Shown here one piece after another: positions 1 through 17,792 of a stretch of DNA of 64,000 nt. The notes under the pieces were generated by a model that saw only the letters and a list, made by a program, of their open reading frames with translations, had not been told where the DNA came from and searched no databases. Every line of letters starts with the position of its first letter. Positions within the stretch are counted from its first letter, which is position 1. Where the stretch lies: the NCBI GenBank assembly GCA_010909165.1, contig VJWM01000016.1, positions 434,001 to 498,000 on the forward strand, in the 5' to 3' direction. The position numbers and the translations under genes are program-made. This stretch comes from Anthoceros angustus (taxonomy: Eukaryota > Plantae > Anthocerotophyta).

Positions 1-4816
<4,816 letters not shown>

Positions 4817-5591
4817 AAACACTTCAGGTGGTGTCAAAACCGTTTGTTCCCAACCTAGGTCACTGGCGCTTCCAAGACGCGGCTACTTTCAAGGTGTCAG
4901 GATCTACTGCCCCAGTAAGCATGTTGCCAACTACACATCGACTTGAGTTCTAACAGCTAAGTGATGTGCAGAGGGCAAGGAGACCAGGTGCTGGAAACTT
5001 AAGGATTTTCTCTGATATTGAAATCAGCAAAATTGAGGAGGTACCACTATTCAAGACTTTACTCAATGTTGTGAACACTCTTCTTTAAGTTGCTCCAATG
5101 TGAATAGCAATGGTCTGTGGTGTTTCGTTTTGTCTAGCTTATGAACCAGTATTTTGCAGAGGAAGCAGCGGTATAGGGATCGTGCGGCTGAACGAAGAAT
5201 TTTGCACAACGGGATTGGAACTGGACCTGGGCAGAAGGCCTTGCCAGTGCATGAATTGGAGAGGCTTGAGGCAGAGCTTGCAACAGACATGGTAGGTGCG
5301 CTAGAAAGAGCTGCTGCCGCACCTAGTCTGGGAGAAGACAACAAAGGGAAACGTATGCTCATGGGCATGGGGTGGCAGGAGGTTGGTTCAATCTGTGTGT
5401 ATACGCATGCGACTTACCTGTGCTTATAGCTGGAGCACAAACATAGTAAGGACGGGGCTGATGTTGGCATGAAATCGTACTCACTTTGATTGCTGCTGCA
5501 GGGACAATCGTTAGGAGTTTCAAGTGAAGGTCTCAAAGATCCTATACAGGCATCTGGTAACTCTGGCCGAGCTGGTCTAGGCTGGACTTGA
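4817..5591 (+). CDS. G-patch domain protein, 3' part only (5' end lost in the mosaic). Exons ~4817-4914, ~4971-5040, 5160-5381, 5502-5591
   Basis: Spliced translation gives YRDRAAERR...LGEDNKGKRMLMGMGWQE|GQSLGVSSEGLKDPIQASGNSGRAGLGWT*, a canonical C-terminal G-patch. Introns are GT-AG. Confidence 0.85.
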
Positions 5592-6516
5592 CTTGTGATT
5601 GCATGAAAGTCCAAAAGATATCCATCCCACTCCTCTAGGAAACCGCCCTGAGGGGCGGACAGTGAAATCAAGCAAGGAAAGCTTCTGAACTTTAAACCTT
5701 GGCTTGAACGGTCACCTCTAATAAGGGCCTGATGGAAAGAAATCTATGCAGAGTGTGGGAGAGTTGGACCAGGGATGATCTGGCTGTTCAAGCCCCGAAA
5801 AAAATGTGACATGAGCATCTTGGCATGTCTAGCGATTTGCTGCTGACAAATGAAAGCCGGACTCCGATCTGCATGCTGATCTATTAGAATTAAACTAAGA
5901 TCACACGGGTGATCGGCGCTACAGCATCAGAAATGTGAGGTGACTTGTTCAGTAATTTGCTGACTCCTCATGAAACCTCGTACGTGCATGTGGAGAAGTC
6001 ATACTTTCAATGATTGGAACGCATGTGCGACTTGGCAGAAATGAAAGACCAGTGTGTAAAATGTCACCTCGCAGGAAGCAGTCTTCCATCAAACACGTGG
6101 ACTTAAATCAAGCAACCTCTTAATACACCAGCATGACACGTGGCCTTTCCACGCGAAAAATCGTGTTGTATGTCTCTAGTCCTTCGTGATGGCACTAGGC
6201 AATTATGATACAAAGTGGAGAAACTAAAAACCTGTGGAAAAACTTCTTAAAACGTGGCTTTCCTCGTTTCCCCTGCAAAGAAACTGCACATCATATAACC
6301 TGATTTAGGCCCATAATCTGAAACCACTTCCGAGCGTAAGCTTAACCTGATGCAGCTCATTACCTGCGGCCAGCGAAGCAGCATTCTTGTGTTCCACTGA
6401 TCTTGCCATACACGGGCAGGTCATCAGGTCAAGAAGCACAACTCAAATGCTCACCTGAGAAAAAAAAGATAAAACCTGCGCGTCAGGATGTACAACGGCT
6501 GTGCGATAAAATTTTC

Positions 6517-8317
6517 TCAGATAGCTTTAGGTTTGATTATTCTGTTCCTAGGCTTCCAATGTGATGACCCTCTTACATGCGGGGCGCTTCCGTTTGAGCA
6601 AATGCAAGAGCAGTCCTCCCCTCGCTCCATCCCGGTAACAATACGCTTATCTCGATGTACCATAAGCTTTATCAGAGGTATCTTGTTTTGGACTTGTCGC
6701 CAGATCTGATTGATTGCTCCATCTGGTGCATCGTACTCAAAGTACTTCCTTACCTGCAGGCAATGAGTTTTCATCTTTCTCAGTCAGAACTCAGGGATCA
6801 TAAGGAACACAACAACAACCTGGGTGCACAGGTACATTCCCAACAAGCCTAAGGTGGATAGACTCAATTACCTCGCGCATTCGTTGCTGGTACTTGATAA
6901 GCCTTTCACTATTCACATTCCTAAGTCGATGGGCTAAATATCCAGACTTGAGAGCTTTTGACGTTGGAACAAAGATGGAGAACTGGCTGTAGTCTATTTG
7001 ATCTTCAAATGGAAGTTCTATGTCGTCACTCACAATCACAGGTACACATATGCTGACGATGGCATCAAACAGTCTGCATGCTGATGGAGTATCACCAGCA
7101 GGATGAAGACAAAACTTAGATGTCCTCATCCCCTGCGTGGCCACGCGCCTGCTTTCTCGAGACTGTGTACCATGTCTGATAAACATATCACTCTCACCCT
7201 CCAAGAGTTGGAAAAGTTCGTCTCGAATTTTCCCTCCCTGATTTCACACAGCACAACGATTAGCCGCCTAAGATCATGACAAGAAACAATGCTGTTCATC
7301 ATCCTCCACCAGTAATTTGAGCAGTACAATCCACAAGAAGGTCAAATGCCTACATCTGAAGCTCACCTCTTTTCTGTAGCGGTTTCCCATGAAAAAGAGG
7401 AGTGTATCTCTAGTCAGAGTCGCATTCTCATACTCATATGACGTAATTCGATGCGTATAAGGGAGAATGACATCTTTCACAAGGGACCCTTCACCATGTA
7501 CCATCCTTCCAAAATCAGAGATCAGTAGTACTGCCCTTTTGAGACGATCTTTAACCTTGTACAGAGCATTTGGGTCCTGCGCAATGATAACATGGTCGCG
7601 CCCATTTGCTTTCTGCCAGGTTGGTTGCTGTTCCAACCAGGCCACTAGCTTTTCTTGCATCTGTTCATCACTGTATGTCGACTTTTGAGGGTTGGGGACC
7701 ATATTCACAAGCAGGCTAAGGGAAGAGAAGAATGGGACATAGAAGACATCAGCCTCACTGGGAGTTTTAACCCTGATAGCCACAGGATTAGTCTTGGAAG
7801 CCGTTGGCTTGAGCAGATCACTGAAGAGATGCCATTCCGCACTGTGCTGGTTGCCTGGATATTGCAATTGCGCATCATCCACAGGTTCCCCATTATCCTT
7901 AAGCAGGCCCCTAGTTCTCAAGTACTGCTCAATCACCCCGTACGTGAACTCCCTTGGAAGATCATACATGAAAACTTTGAGAGCGGTATCAGCTTGCCAC
8001 ATTGGAAACTCCTCTGTCGTACCATGCCCATGATCAATTCCATGTGATACATCATCAACGACGCTTTCCTCAGTACCAACTTCCTCATCACCACTGACGT
8101 GCTCAACATGCAAAACGGACTCGGCTGGCTCACCTGTAACCGCAAGCGCATTCTGGCCAACGAGATTGGAAGCACGCAACTTGTGCACCACTTTAGATTC
8201 GATGAAAAATAGCTGGGCAGCACCTTGAAACGCGACATAAAGGACCACCATCAGCAGCACAGGGCCTACGAAAGGCCCCCCCCTTCCGCCCCACCCGCAT
8301 CTACCAAACCGGGGCAT
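6517..8317 (-). CDS. Exostosin family glycosyltransferase (GT47, ARAD1-like). Exons 8317-7367, 7237-6872, 6753-6517
   Basis: N-terminal TM anchor; motifs [63 protein letters not shown]. Phase-0 GT-AG introns join the frames cleanly. Confidence 0.93.
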
Positions 8318-10739
8318 CTCTCCAACCACTCTAAACGTGGGAACTGGAACAAAAATCCCCTTCCCCGCTCATCATCTACAGCAGCTCCAAGATCGTGAGC
8401 GTCCTAACCAAACACCAAACCTAGGGGTTCTCCCTTCCAGCAAAGTACTAACACCGGGATTCGAAACAAGAAGTCCACCAAAAGAATCCTACATTAGGGA
8501 TCAGACACAAAAAAAAGGAGGAACTTGTTACAAGATGAGAGGCGTCCCGTCCCACCCGACAAGCAAGGTCAGATTCTCAGACCGAGAACTGAGCCGCACA
8601 GGAATTGCCAGCCTACAAAGCTTACATCAGGAAATCCCCAAGGTCAGAACATAACAAAACGGTGGGATCAGCGACGAAAACAAACAAAGAAAAGACGGCG
8701 AGATTCCAACCACTGATCCCAAAAGGGATTCTCCCAAGCAAGCCACACAACGGAAAAAAAAAAAATCGACTAGCCGCAAACCTGGAACCAATCCAGGGCG
8801 AAAAAAATCAAAGATTCGGCAAGCCAGGCTCCAACAAGAACCTCTACAGATCCGGAGCTGGTGAGAAAAGCGAGAGGCAGAATCCCCGGTCAGAGCTACC
8901 GCAATCTGGATGGCACGAGTTCCGGGTCACCGCGACGCGGAAACCTCCTGCCATAGCATTTCCGCGTCAAGGAGGGAAGCGCGGGGAATTGCAGCGTCCG
9001 GTTGCTGCGACGAGGCGCAGGAACTGCATTGCGCAGGAACGCAGTGAGGGTGGCAGACGCGGCCACGTCCCGGCTTGCAGGGCGGGCGCGGTGCGCGCTG
9101 GTAAACCTTGCCAGGAGGAAGATGGAAAACGCCTGCCTTCCCTTGCCTTGCCTTGCTTCGGGTTGCCTCCGCTCCGCTCGGAGGCGACAGGCAGGGGAGC
9201 GGGACCAGGAAAGAGACGACTCAACAGCTGCCGACTGGTTTCATGAGTATGAAAGGGGGTATGTGCGGGATAGCTTACCTAACCGCCCGGGCCGGGCGCC
9301 GGGCCGGGCACAAGGGGGCGTCCATGTTCATCCGATCACAGGTTAAGCCGGTAGTACCCCCTGAGCCGCGTTCCAGACTTCCCGTTTGTCGACCGCCTGA
9401 CTGTCGCGCGACTGGATGGCCCCGGGCCTGGGCCCCGGCGCCCGCCAAGAAGTGTATTAAAGTCGGCGGTTGAAACGCGCGGGTATAGAATACATATTAC
9501 GTCCAACGCCTGTATGTACATCACATCAAAGGCTGTACAGCGTGGCGCGTCGCCTGCCGCGACTGACATCGCCAGCCTTCCAGCCTGCAGCAATCTCTTT
9601 GTTGGTCAGATATGCCGCGATGAAGGGGCGTTGTGCACGAACTGGCGGTAGTGGACACTGGCATCGCGAACAGTGCGGGAGGGACACGATTCATTGAACC
9701 TCGGCCTGCCGCAAGCTGTCAATGAGCAGTGGCGTGAATCTGCCTGGTGGAATCTGCGCTCATACTGTTATAAAACAGGTCTCATCGCGGAGAAAAGAGT
9801 CTTGGTTTTCTCTCACGAGTGCTTCTCTTTCCAGCTCAACTGTCTGTACACTGTGACCTCACCGCCACGATGTGTTGCAGCACTCTCCCCTGTGCGTGCT
9901 CCGGAAGTGAAGAGAAAAGCGTACAAAAGTCAGGCTGCTGCTACACGAGGCCGCCAGTGCGATCAAGTCGACGAGGAAGAAGCTCTAGATAAAACAGGCC
10001 GGGAAGAGCTCCTAAGTCTGCGGATCCAGACTCGATCCTATGATAGGAAGAGGAGAAATCCAGTGAAACCAGGCGGTGTGGAAAGAGGAGGATAAGCAGG
10101 TTCACAAATTTCTTGGTGGGAGATGAGAGGCGACCCCGGAGCCAAACAACGCTGGACGAGGTGCTTCCTAATCCGAGCATGCAAGGACCACATCTGTCTT
10201 TGCCACGGGCGGAAGTATAACGATGGCCAGAAAGATTTGTGTGTAGGCACAGCAAGAAGTGGCTGTCGCACGTGCCCTAAGTAATATCCGGAGGGCCTCC
10301 CCCGCAACCTGTCTGAAGTATTTGCGGTTTCCAACGCCAGCATCCGCGAGGATGCAAGTTGACAGTGTGCGTGCCCTGCATCGCCTACAAACCAGTCTCT
10401 CCCCCCTGCAACAGTATATCTAAGAAATCAGAGCAAGAAGAAAAGAACCAAAGCCTTTTGCTGGTCTTTCAAAGCATTTGTCGCCTTCACACGAAGGAGT
10501 GAACCAACCCCATCCACCAGCGCACAGCCGTCAGAGTCAGCACATATCTTGGATTTATGAGCATTTGTTCTGCATCTCCCACGCAATCGAGATGCAATGG
10601 AATGCAACCGGTCATCCCAAAGGCCATGGACGTGTTCACCAGGTTAGGCAAACCAAATGCCTTTATGGGGTTTTCCATAATTTCAGCACATGCTAAACTT
10701 TGAAAACCGAATGAGGCCCTTCATATGTACCATGAGATG

Positions 10740-11162
10740 CATATGTCAGGTGCGAAGGCGGATGCCCACGTCTTTGCACCGCACTTCAAGCTTGTATATT
10801 TGCTGCCGACTTGGAATCGGGGAGAAAAGTGCATTGTGATGGAATTCCTGCTGACTCGTTTGTTGGCAACTGCCTGTGGACATGTATGCAAAATGTGGGG
10901 GACTGAAAGATGCACGACAGGTTTTTGAAAGCTTGTCCGAAAAGGATGTGGTTACATGGGCGTCCCTCATTGCTGGGTATGCATTGCAAGGGCTTGGGCA
11001 AGAGGCAATTGTTTTGTATGGAAGAATGGAGGAGGAGGGCCTGATTGTGGTGACCATGTTACTTTTGCTTGTCTTTTGAAGGCCTATGCAAGCGCTGGTG
11101 CATTACAAAAGGGCAGGCAGCTGCACTCACAGTTTGTGGAAGGAGGACAGTAGGGTAACTTA
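10740..11162 (+). pseudogene. PLS-type PPR gene fragment, 5' of the transposon insertion
   Basis: VDMYAKCGGLKDARQVFESLSEKDVVTWASLIAGYALQG...VTFACLLKAYASAGALQKGRQLH, with frameshifts and a stop. Confidence 0.85.
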
Positions 11163-13859
11163 CTGGTGGAGTCAGAGGGGACGGGGCACTTTTTTTTTCG
11201 CACGAAACTCGTACAATACGCCATAGGCATTTATAAGAATATACTACCCAATCTAGTACGGAGGTGCTACCTCACCACACATGCTCATATGTCCGCTTTG
11301 GCACCCCAACCAAGAGGGGCCAAGCACCAAATGACACATACTTATTTTTCTTCCAAACGCTGTTTCTGCTTCAAAACCTTTCAACATTTCCAACCAAAAA
11401 CAAAGAGGCACTCATGTTTGAGAGATTGTGACACTATGTTTTTAGAGTCTCCCACCCTACCCTATACGATTTTGTTTTCTTCAATGCTATCACATGGCAG
11501 CCAAACCCCAACCCGGCCATCGCACTAGCCACCCCATGTGGTTGCCAAACCCTACCTCGGCCGCGGCCATGGTCTTCCAACCCCATCTCAGCTGCGGCCA
11601 CGGCCACAGCCATGGTTTGCGAACCCTTCCGCGGCCGTGTCCGCATCTTCTGAGCAACTGACATTCCATTGGTCTTTTTCTTGGGGAACCCGAGATTTAC
11701 AGAAAAGGAAGAAACGAGATCGTGCTGGAAACAGAAAGAGGGGATGGTGATGGAACATGCAAGCAGCTTTCAGAGCTTCTTAGTTAGGGCCTTCATACCT
11801 TTTGAGATAGCTCCGCGTACATTTGGGTGCCCTCAACATCGTCAAAACAACTTCAATCTCCACATCATGCCCAAGTTTTTCAACAACACCATGCTTCCAA
11901 CCCTTCCCTACTACCAAGTCTGTTACAAATTGAGACCTTGCATTCCAACCAAATTACTGTAGCTGGCCATTTATGTGATCCCAAACTGCATCCTGCACAT
12001 GATGGTCGCAAACGTCCTATGGAGAAAGCTAATCCTTGAAGCTTGACAAGTCTGCGGGCTGGTATACTAGAGCTTAATAGCTTCCTGTCATGCATAGAGA
12101 GAGTCACAACGCATGCAGTGTCCTCAACTTTATGCGGGCTTCACGTCTTCTCTCCTTCACACAATTGCATGATCAACACAAGCGAAAACGATGGACCTCC
12201 AGCAATCAGCCACAGTAGCGCTTAAACTTCCAACATCAACACTCACCAACAACACCATGAACTTCTAGCATCAACAACAATCAACCAGTTCACGACTGCT
12301 TTGATAAAGCTACACTTTGTGAATGGCTCCATGAGCAAGAGTGTAGATGTCCTTCAGTGTTTCCAATTTGAGGTTTGTACAAACGTTTTAGTTTCAAGCA
12401 CCATGTGTTGGGAAGCATAATTGAAGGCATTCCTTGCGACTCATATGATAGTTTGAATTGAAGAGGGTCTCTTGTGGTCGTTCTGACAAAGCTGTGACTG
12501 GCAGGAACCTGAGCAGGAAGAAGAGACTCAAAATACATATAAAGATGTTGAGATGTTGAGGCTACAAGCGACCAAAGATGCGGCCAGGTGGTAAGAATGG
12601 ATGCTATAAACTTGCCGAGAGGAAATGGCCTCGCAGTCGAGTATGCAGTTGTGATGGGTATCCTTGGCCACATCCTGGATGAAGTGAAGCAAGCAACAGA
12701 CTTGCAGGCAACTACTGAAATACAGAAGGCAATTGTTGAGTCTCCTGTAATATAAAAGAACGAGATTTGCAAAGGGCAGCACTAAAAGTTCCAGCATCAG
12801 TAACCATCAGCCATACCGGCATCTAAACTTCGCATCTGCAGTAATTAATCACACTAGCACCAGCATCTATACTACAATCTGACCAAGAACGTATCCATGG
12901 GCTTGCAACGATCACAAGTTCACAACAAAGGGGAGTCATACCATTCATAAAAAAAGAAAGTCCACTGCACATCGCAAAATTGCACAGCTTGCATCATACT
13001 CTAATTCCTACTACAGCCTTCCTATGGTGCATCCTTTGCCTCCCCTACTGCGGGCTTCCTACGGCGCATCCTTTGCTTCCCCTAACACAAAGCATACAGG
13101 AGCTACTGCTGTAGCTCCAACCCCCTGGGTTGAGAACTAAGCCTACTCCATCGTGTCCTCTATGGCCTTCATGCACAGGCGGAGGCTGTTCAGCGTGGCC
13201 TCCATTGCCTGAATGGCGATCCGCATCCCACGCAATGTTGCCCTCAGATCCCGTTCACCCACGGCACCGCTGGACATTACCCGCATCCGGGCATTGGGTG
13301 TTGCTGGCACTCGCCTTGGCCGCCGCGCTTCCTCCTCCGACAGCGTGGCCAACTCCGTGTAGTCTCGCTTCCTCCTTCTTGTGCTCGCCCTCCGCGGAGT
13401 AGGGGTCATTTGTTCATTTTGCTCTCCCTCTCCTTCCGACATTGCCTCCGCTCCGCGATTATTGGCTCCCCTTACTCCTCCTCCTCCTCCGGTGTGCCGT
13501 CGGATGCTGGCCTTGACTACCGTGAACTTGCGCAATAGCCCCTCTTGCTCCCACCCTGCTACCAGTCCAGGCCTAAACTCGGCCGCCTTGTCTTGCCGCG
13601 GGCATCTGCCGCTCGAATAAACTGCAACCCTAGGTCTGCAAAAACGAATCCTGGTTCGGCGTGCGCGGAAGGAACCACAGTGCCTAAAACGAAGCGAGGT
13701 TCACTTTGTGTGTAAGAGTGCTCGCGAAGTGGCCGCTTTGGTGCGGCCACTTTTGGCAACATTAATTCAGTCGGGTTACCTAAGCGGACATAAAGCAAGC
13801 CGATGAAAAACAAATTTCGCGCGTGAAAAGAGGTGCCCCGTCCCCTCTGGCCTCTTTGG
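11163..13859. mobile_element. Non-autonomous or degenerate TIR DNA transposon (~2.7 kb) inserted in the PPR pseudogene, probably at a TA site
   Basis: Perfect 17-bp inverted repeat CAGAGGGGACGGGGCAC (11173-11189 / 13833-13849), extended imperfectly on both sides. Flanked by TA (11161-62, 13860-61). PPR motif text resumes directly after the element. Confidence 0.8.
13143..13535 (-). CDS. Unknown ORF inside the TIR element (basic NLS-like stretch plus coiled-coil-like C-terminus)
   Basis: RRASTRRRKRDYTELATLSEEEARR...LRGMRIAIQAMEATLNSLRLCMKAIEDTME. No recognisable family. Confidence 0.3.
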   Translation of the reverse strand: MRKFTVVKASIRRHTGGGGGVRGANNRGAEAMSEGEGEQNEQMTPTPRRASTRRRKRDYTELATLSEEEARRPRRVPATPNARMRVMSSGAVGERDLRATLRGMRIAIQAMEATLNSLRLCMKAIEDTME

Positions 13860-14141
13860 TATGTCATACAATTGCCTCGTGGACATGTATGCAAAATGTG
13901 GTGAAGCGTAATGTGCACGAGGGGTTTTTGAAAGCTTGGCCATGAAGGATGTGGTGACATGGAATACACTGTTATCTGGGTATGCACAGCAAGGGCTTGA
14001 CTCGGAGGTGCTTGTTCTGTATGAACAAATGGAGGAAGAGGGCCAAGTTTTGGCTGACCATGTTACCTTTGCTTGCCTTCTGAAGGCCTGTGCGAGCAGT
14101 GGTGCCTTACAGAAGGGCAGGCAGCTGCATTCCCAGATTGT
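13860..14141 (+). pseudogene. PLS-type PPR fragment, 3' of the transposon insertion
   Basis: NCLVDMYAKCG...KDVVTWNTLLSGYAQQG...VTFACLLKACASSGALQKGRQLHSQI. Confidence 0.85.
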
Positions 14142-14638
14142 ACCACGGCCGTGCCGAGTCGCTGAAGAAGGCGAACTTGTTGCACGACGGGGCCTTCTCC
14201 GACCAGGAACTGGCCGCAGACTACACCCCGCCGGGCCTGGAGCGCGTGGAATGGAAGCGAGACAAGGCGGCAGCCGTCATGGCCGCGGCTGCCATCGCGC
14301 CCTCCCTTCCGATGGACGTCAGGCTCGTGCACTACACGGAGGCTGCCATTCGAAAGCTCAAAGTTGCTGGTGCCACCGGTACCGGCGGGGAACATTTCTC
14401 CACCGTCACCTGCGTTTCCGCGCACTTGTGGCAGTGTGACACCAAAGCCAGGCTGCGCATCACCAGTGCGGGTAATGCTCATGGTGAGAGCAGCCCGCTT
14501 GGCCCCAATAATCTGACCGCATTGCTCATCGCAAACGCATCTGTCATGGCCGACCTTTGCTTGGACCCACCGTTTGTGCAGTATGCTTACTTATCAGCTC
14601 CAGCGGACGTACACACGGATCCGGAGCACATCTCGTAG
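14142..14638 (+). pseudogene. Partial, internally deleted duplicate of the BAHD acyltransferase, fused to the PPR fragment
   Basis: HGRAESLKKANLL...FSTVTCVSAHLW...SPLGPNNLTALL matches ~16793-17160 joined to ~17580-17720. Confidence 0.88.
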
Positions 14639-14809
14639 AGCAAAACAGAGCTATGTATGTACAGTGTTGTGAGGAAGGATGAGTGAAAACCGCTGTCATG
14701 CGTCCGGGTCCAGCAGCAAGTGGTGCCTTCTTAGCTTAGGCAGAGGCCACGATAAGAGGATAGCATTATCTTGATTGGGGAAGTGTGTGGCGGAGGCTCG
14801 CCTCCGTCA

Positions 14810-15860
14810 GCCAGATTGAGGATCAGCCAAATTTGGCAGCTTGGAAGATGCTCAGAGACTGTTTGAGGGACTTTTGTCGAAAGGATGTGGTGGCGTGAAT
14901 ACCATGATCGCTGGAGGGCACGGGGCAGGAAGCCCTCCGTCTGTACAGCGCCATGCAAGAAGAAGGAATTGCGGTATCCAATTCCGTGATATTGGTGTCC
15001 CTCCTGCAGGCATGTGCCAGTGTCGGCAACTCAGCTCTGGAGATGGGGAAGCTTCCTCATGCACAAATTAGAGAGCCAGCACATGAAGCGAATGTGTTCG
15101 TGGCCAGCAGTTTGGTAAACATGTATGCAAGATGTGGCAGCTTGGAAGATGCTCAGTCAGTGTTCAACGGACTCGGTGAAAAGGATGATGCGACATGGAC
15201 TGTCTCCCAGCATGGCCTGGGCCAGGAGGCTCTCTGTCTCTACAGGGCTATGCAAGAAGAAGGCAATGCCGTACCCAGTTCGAGGACGTTTGTGTGCCTC
15301 CTGCAGGCATGTGCAAGTGTGGGTACTCCCGCGTTGGAGAAGGGGAAGCAGCTTCATGCAGAAATCAGAGAGCGATCGGACATCAAGCTGATGTCTTTGA
15401 AGCCAGCAATTTGGTGAACATGTATACGAAGAATGGCAACTTGGATGATACTACGAACTTGTTAAAAACGATGTGGTCACATCCAAGGCGGTGCCTATGG
15501 ACTTGGGGGCGACCCATTGTCAGTCGCGGTAGCCATGGTCCAGTATAGTAGGTGTTAGCAGGGTATTCCCAGCAGGGCATGGGCGAGAAAGTCTCTACAA
15601 TGCTATGCAGGAAGAAGGCATAGCTGTGCCTGATTTCGTCACATGAGCAGCCTCCTGCAAGCGTGTGCCAATCTGGCAGCTGTGCATCTGGGAAGGCAGC
15701 GACATACACAGATTGATGAACAAGGCCTTCATGCTGATACGGGTGTTGCTGGCAGATTGATAAATATGTATGGACTGTGTGTTTGATGGATTGTAGGAAA
15801 AAGGTGGAGACAGTGAAGTGGTCTTTGGCTTGGTCCAGAGCATGAAAGAGGATGGCATAC
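14810..15860 (+). pseudogene. Degenerate PLS-class PPR array
   Basis: Repeated ASSLVNMYARCGSLEDAQSVF / TFVCLLQACASVG / GKQLHAEI motifs, broken by frameshifts and stops. Confidence 0.85.
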
Positions 15861-16009
15861 AGCCGGGACGAGAAGGATGACCAGAGTCATGGACGAGGAT
15901 GTCATGGTCACGGCCTGCTGCCCTCCCGGACCGATCTACAGTACTTTCTACAGAATGTTGGGAGAGGCTGCGTTTTTACAGGCACTCTCCAAAAATCCAT
16001 GCCAGCAGC

Positions 16010-17792
16010 ATGGCCACATCTGCTTCGAAATTTGGCACCCGGCCCGGCCCTGAGGTGGCTGTGCGCGATGTGGTCACCACCATGGTGGTTCCTGCGGCGG
16101 GAGGATATCCGGAGAAGGAGAAGGATGAGAGAAAGTGTGAGATGTCCAATCTGGATCTGATTCTGCGCAACGCGCACGTGCCCCTTCTCCTGCTCTTCGA
16201 AGCGGGCCCGAGCTCGCATGTAGAGTCAGGATTTGCAGGCCTGGTGGAGGAGCTGAAACGGTCGCTGGCTAAGGTGCTGGTGCACTTCTATCCCCTGGCG
16301 GGCACGGTGGTCCAGAGGCCCGGCCACCTGCCGCATCTGCTGTGCAACAATGCGGGTGCCGTCTTCAAATCTGCGCTCGTGGACGCTCCCATGAGCCTAG
16401 TCTACACTAGTGGAGCTGCGGGAGCAGGGGACTTCAAGTTCACACCAACGCCACAAATCTCAGGGGTAGGGCTGAGTGCCGAGATTGAGAAGCCCGCCCT
16501 TGTGGTTCAGGTAAGCCTTCATGTGCTGTGCTACCAGTGCCGAGCGGACTTGTGTCCAATGCTGAAGGATCTACAAGGGAACAGTCTTGAAGCTTCCATG
16601 GCTCCCAGGGCTCATGTGCTGTGCTGCTGCTGCTCTGCTCCAGGTGACCGGATTCGAGTGCGGCGGGGTAGCCCTGGCTGTGAACTGGCTGCACACTGTG
16701 GCGGACGGCTTTGCTATCTCGCAGTTCCTGAAAGCATGGTCGTACGCGTGCGATGGCGGCCTGGGCCTAGGGCTGGTGCAGCCGGAGCCTGACCACGGCC
16801 GAGCCGAGTCGCTGAAGAAGGCGAACTTATTGGACGGCGGAGCCTTCTCCGATTAGGACCTGGCCGCAGACTACACCCCGCCGGGCCTGGAGCGCGTGGA
16901 ATGGAAGCGAGACAAGGCGGCAGCCGGCATGGACTTAGCTGCCGTCGCGCCCGGCCTCCAGATGCCCGACGTCAGGCTCGTGCATTACACGGAGGATGCC
17001 ATCCGGAAGCTCAAAGCTGCTGCTGCGCATACCGCAACCACAAACACCGGTACCGGTGTGGAACGCTTCTCCACTGTCACCTGCGTTTCCGCGCACTTGT
17101 GGCGGTGTGTGACCAAAGCCAGGCTGCGCATCACCGGTGCGGGTGAAGCTCATGGCGAGGGAAAAGGAACATACAATTTCCGCACTCCTGCGGATGCCAA
17201 GGTGCAGAGGACTGGCCCGGATCCCGACTCCGCCACCCTGCTCCCGGCGTCCTATTTCGGGAACAGCCTCGTGTTGGTGAAAAGCAGGGGAGTGGAGCCT
17301 GAGGAACTGGTGAGGCAGCCGCTGGGGTTCGCAGCCTCGATCATCAGAGATACCGTGGCGGGCATCCATGTGCGGGAGTTCCAATATTTGGCTGTCCTCA
17401 GCGACAAATACGGTAACGTCGGCGTCGTGCCACGGGGTGTAGCCCACGACTTCACCACGTCTTCCTGGTACCGATTTCCCCTCTACGATCTGCGCTTCTG
17501 TTTCCGAGCCCAGCCTGTGCTAGCGGTTGGCCACTTCACGCCCATGCCCTTTCTGGATGGCCTCGCCATCTTGCTGCCCAGCCCACTTGGCCCCAATAAC
17601 CTAACCGCATTGCTCTTCGCAAACGCATCTGTCATGGCCGACCTTTGCTCGGACTCTCAGTTTCTGGAGTATGCCTACCCATCAGCTTCAGCGGACGTTT
17701 ACACGGGAGCACATCTTGTAGAGCAGGCCATCGACAGAGGGTGTGCACAGGCAAAGGGTGTTGCTGCAGGGTGGCCGTCAGTACGTACATAG
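16010..17792 (+). pseudogene. BAHD acyltransferase with one premature in-frame TAG (16854-16856). Exons 16010-16510 and 16644-17792
   Basis: LKRSLAKVLVHFYPLAG; intron at the conserved VQ|VT position; HxxxD motif (HTVADG); YFGN. The DFGWG position reads LRFCFR. The reading frame continues after the stop. Confidence 0.85.

Noticed and set aside
8337-10350. Several 100-213 aa ORFs upstream of the exostosin gene
   Set aside because: GC-rich UTR/intergenic sequence, mostly non-ATG starts, no domain signatures.
16854-16856. Repair of the BAHD stop by U-to-C RNA editing, suggested by the neighbouring PPRs
   Set aside because: Such editing is established for organellar transcripts only; the adjacent PPRs are broken and show no DYW domain.
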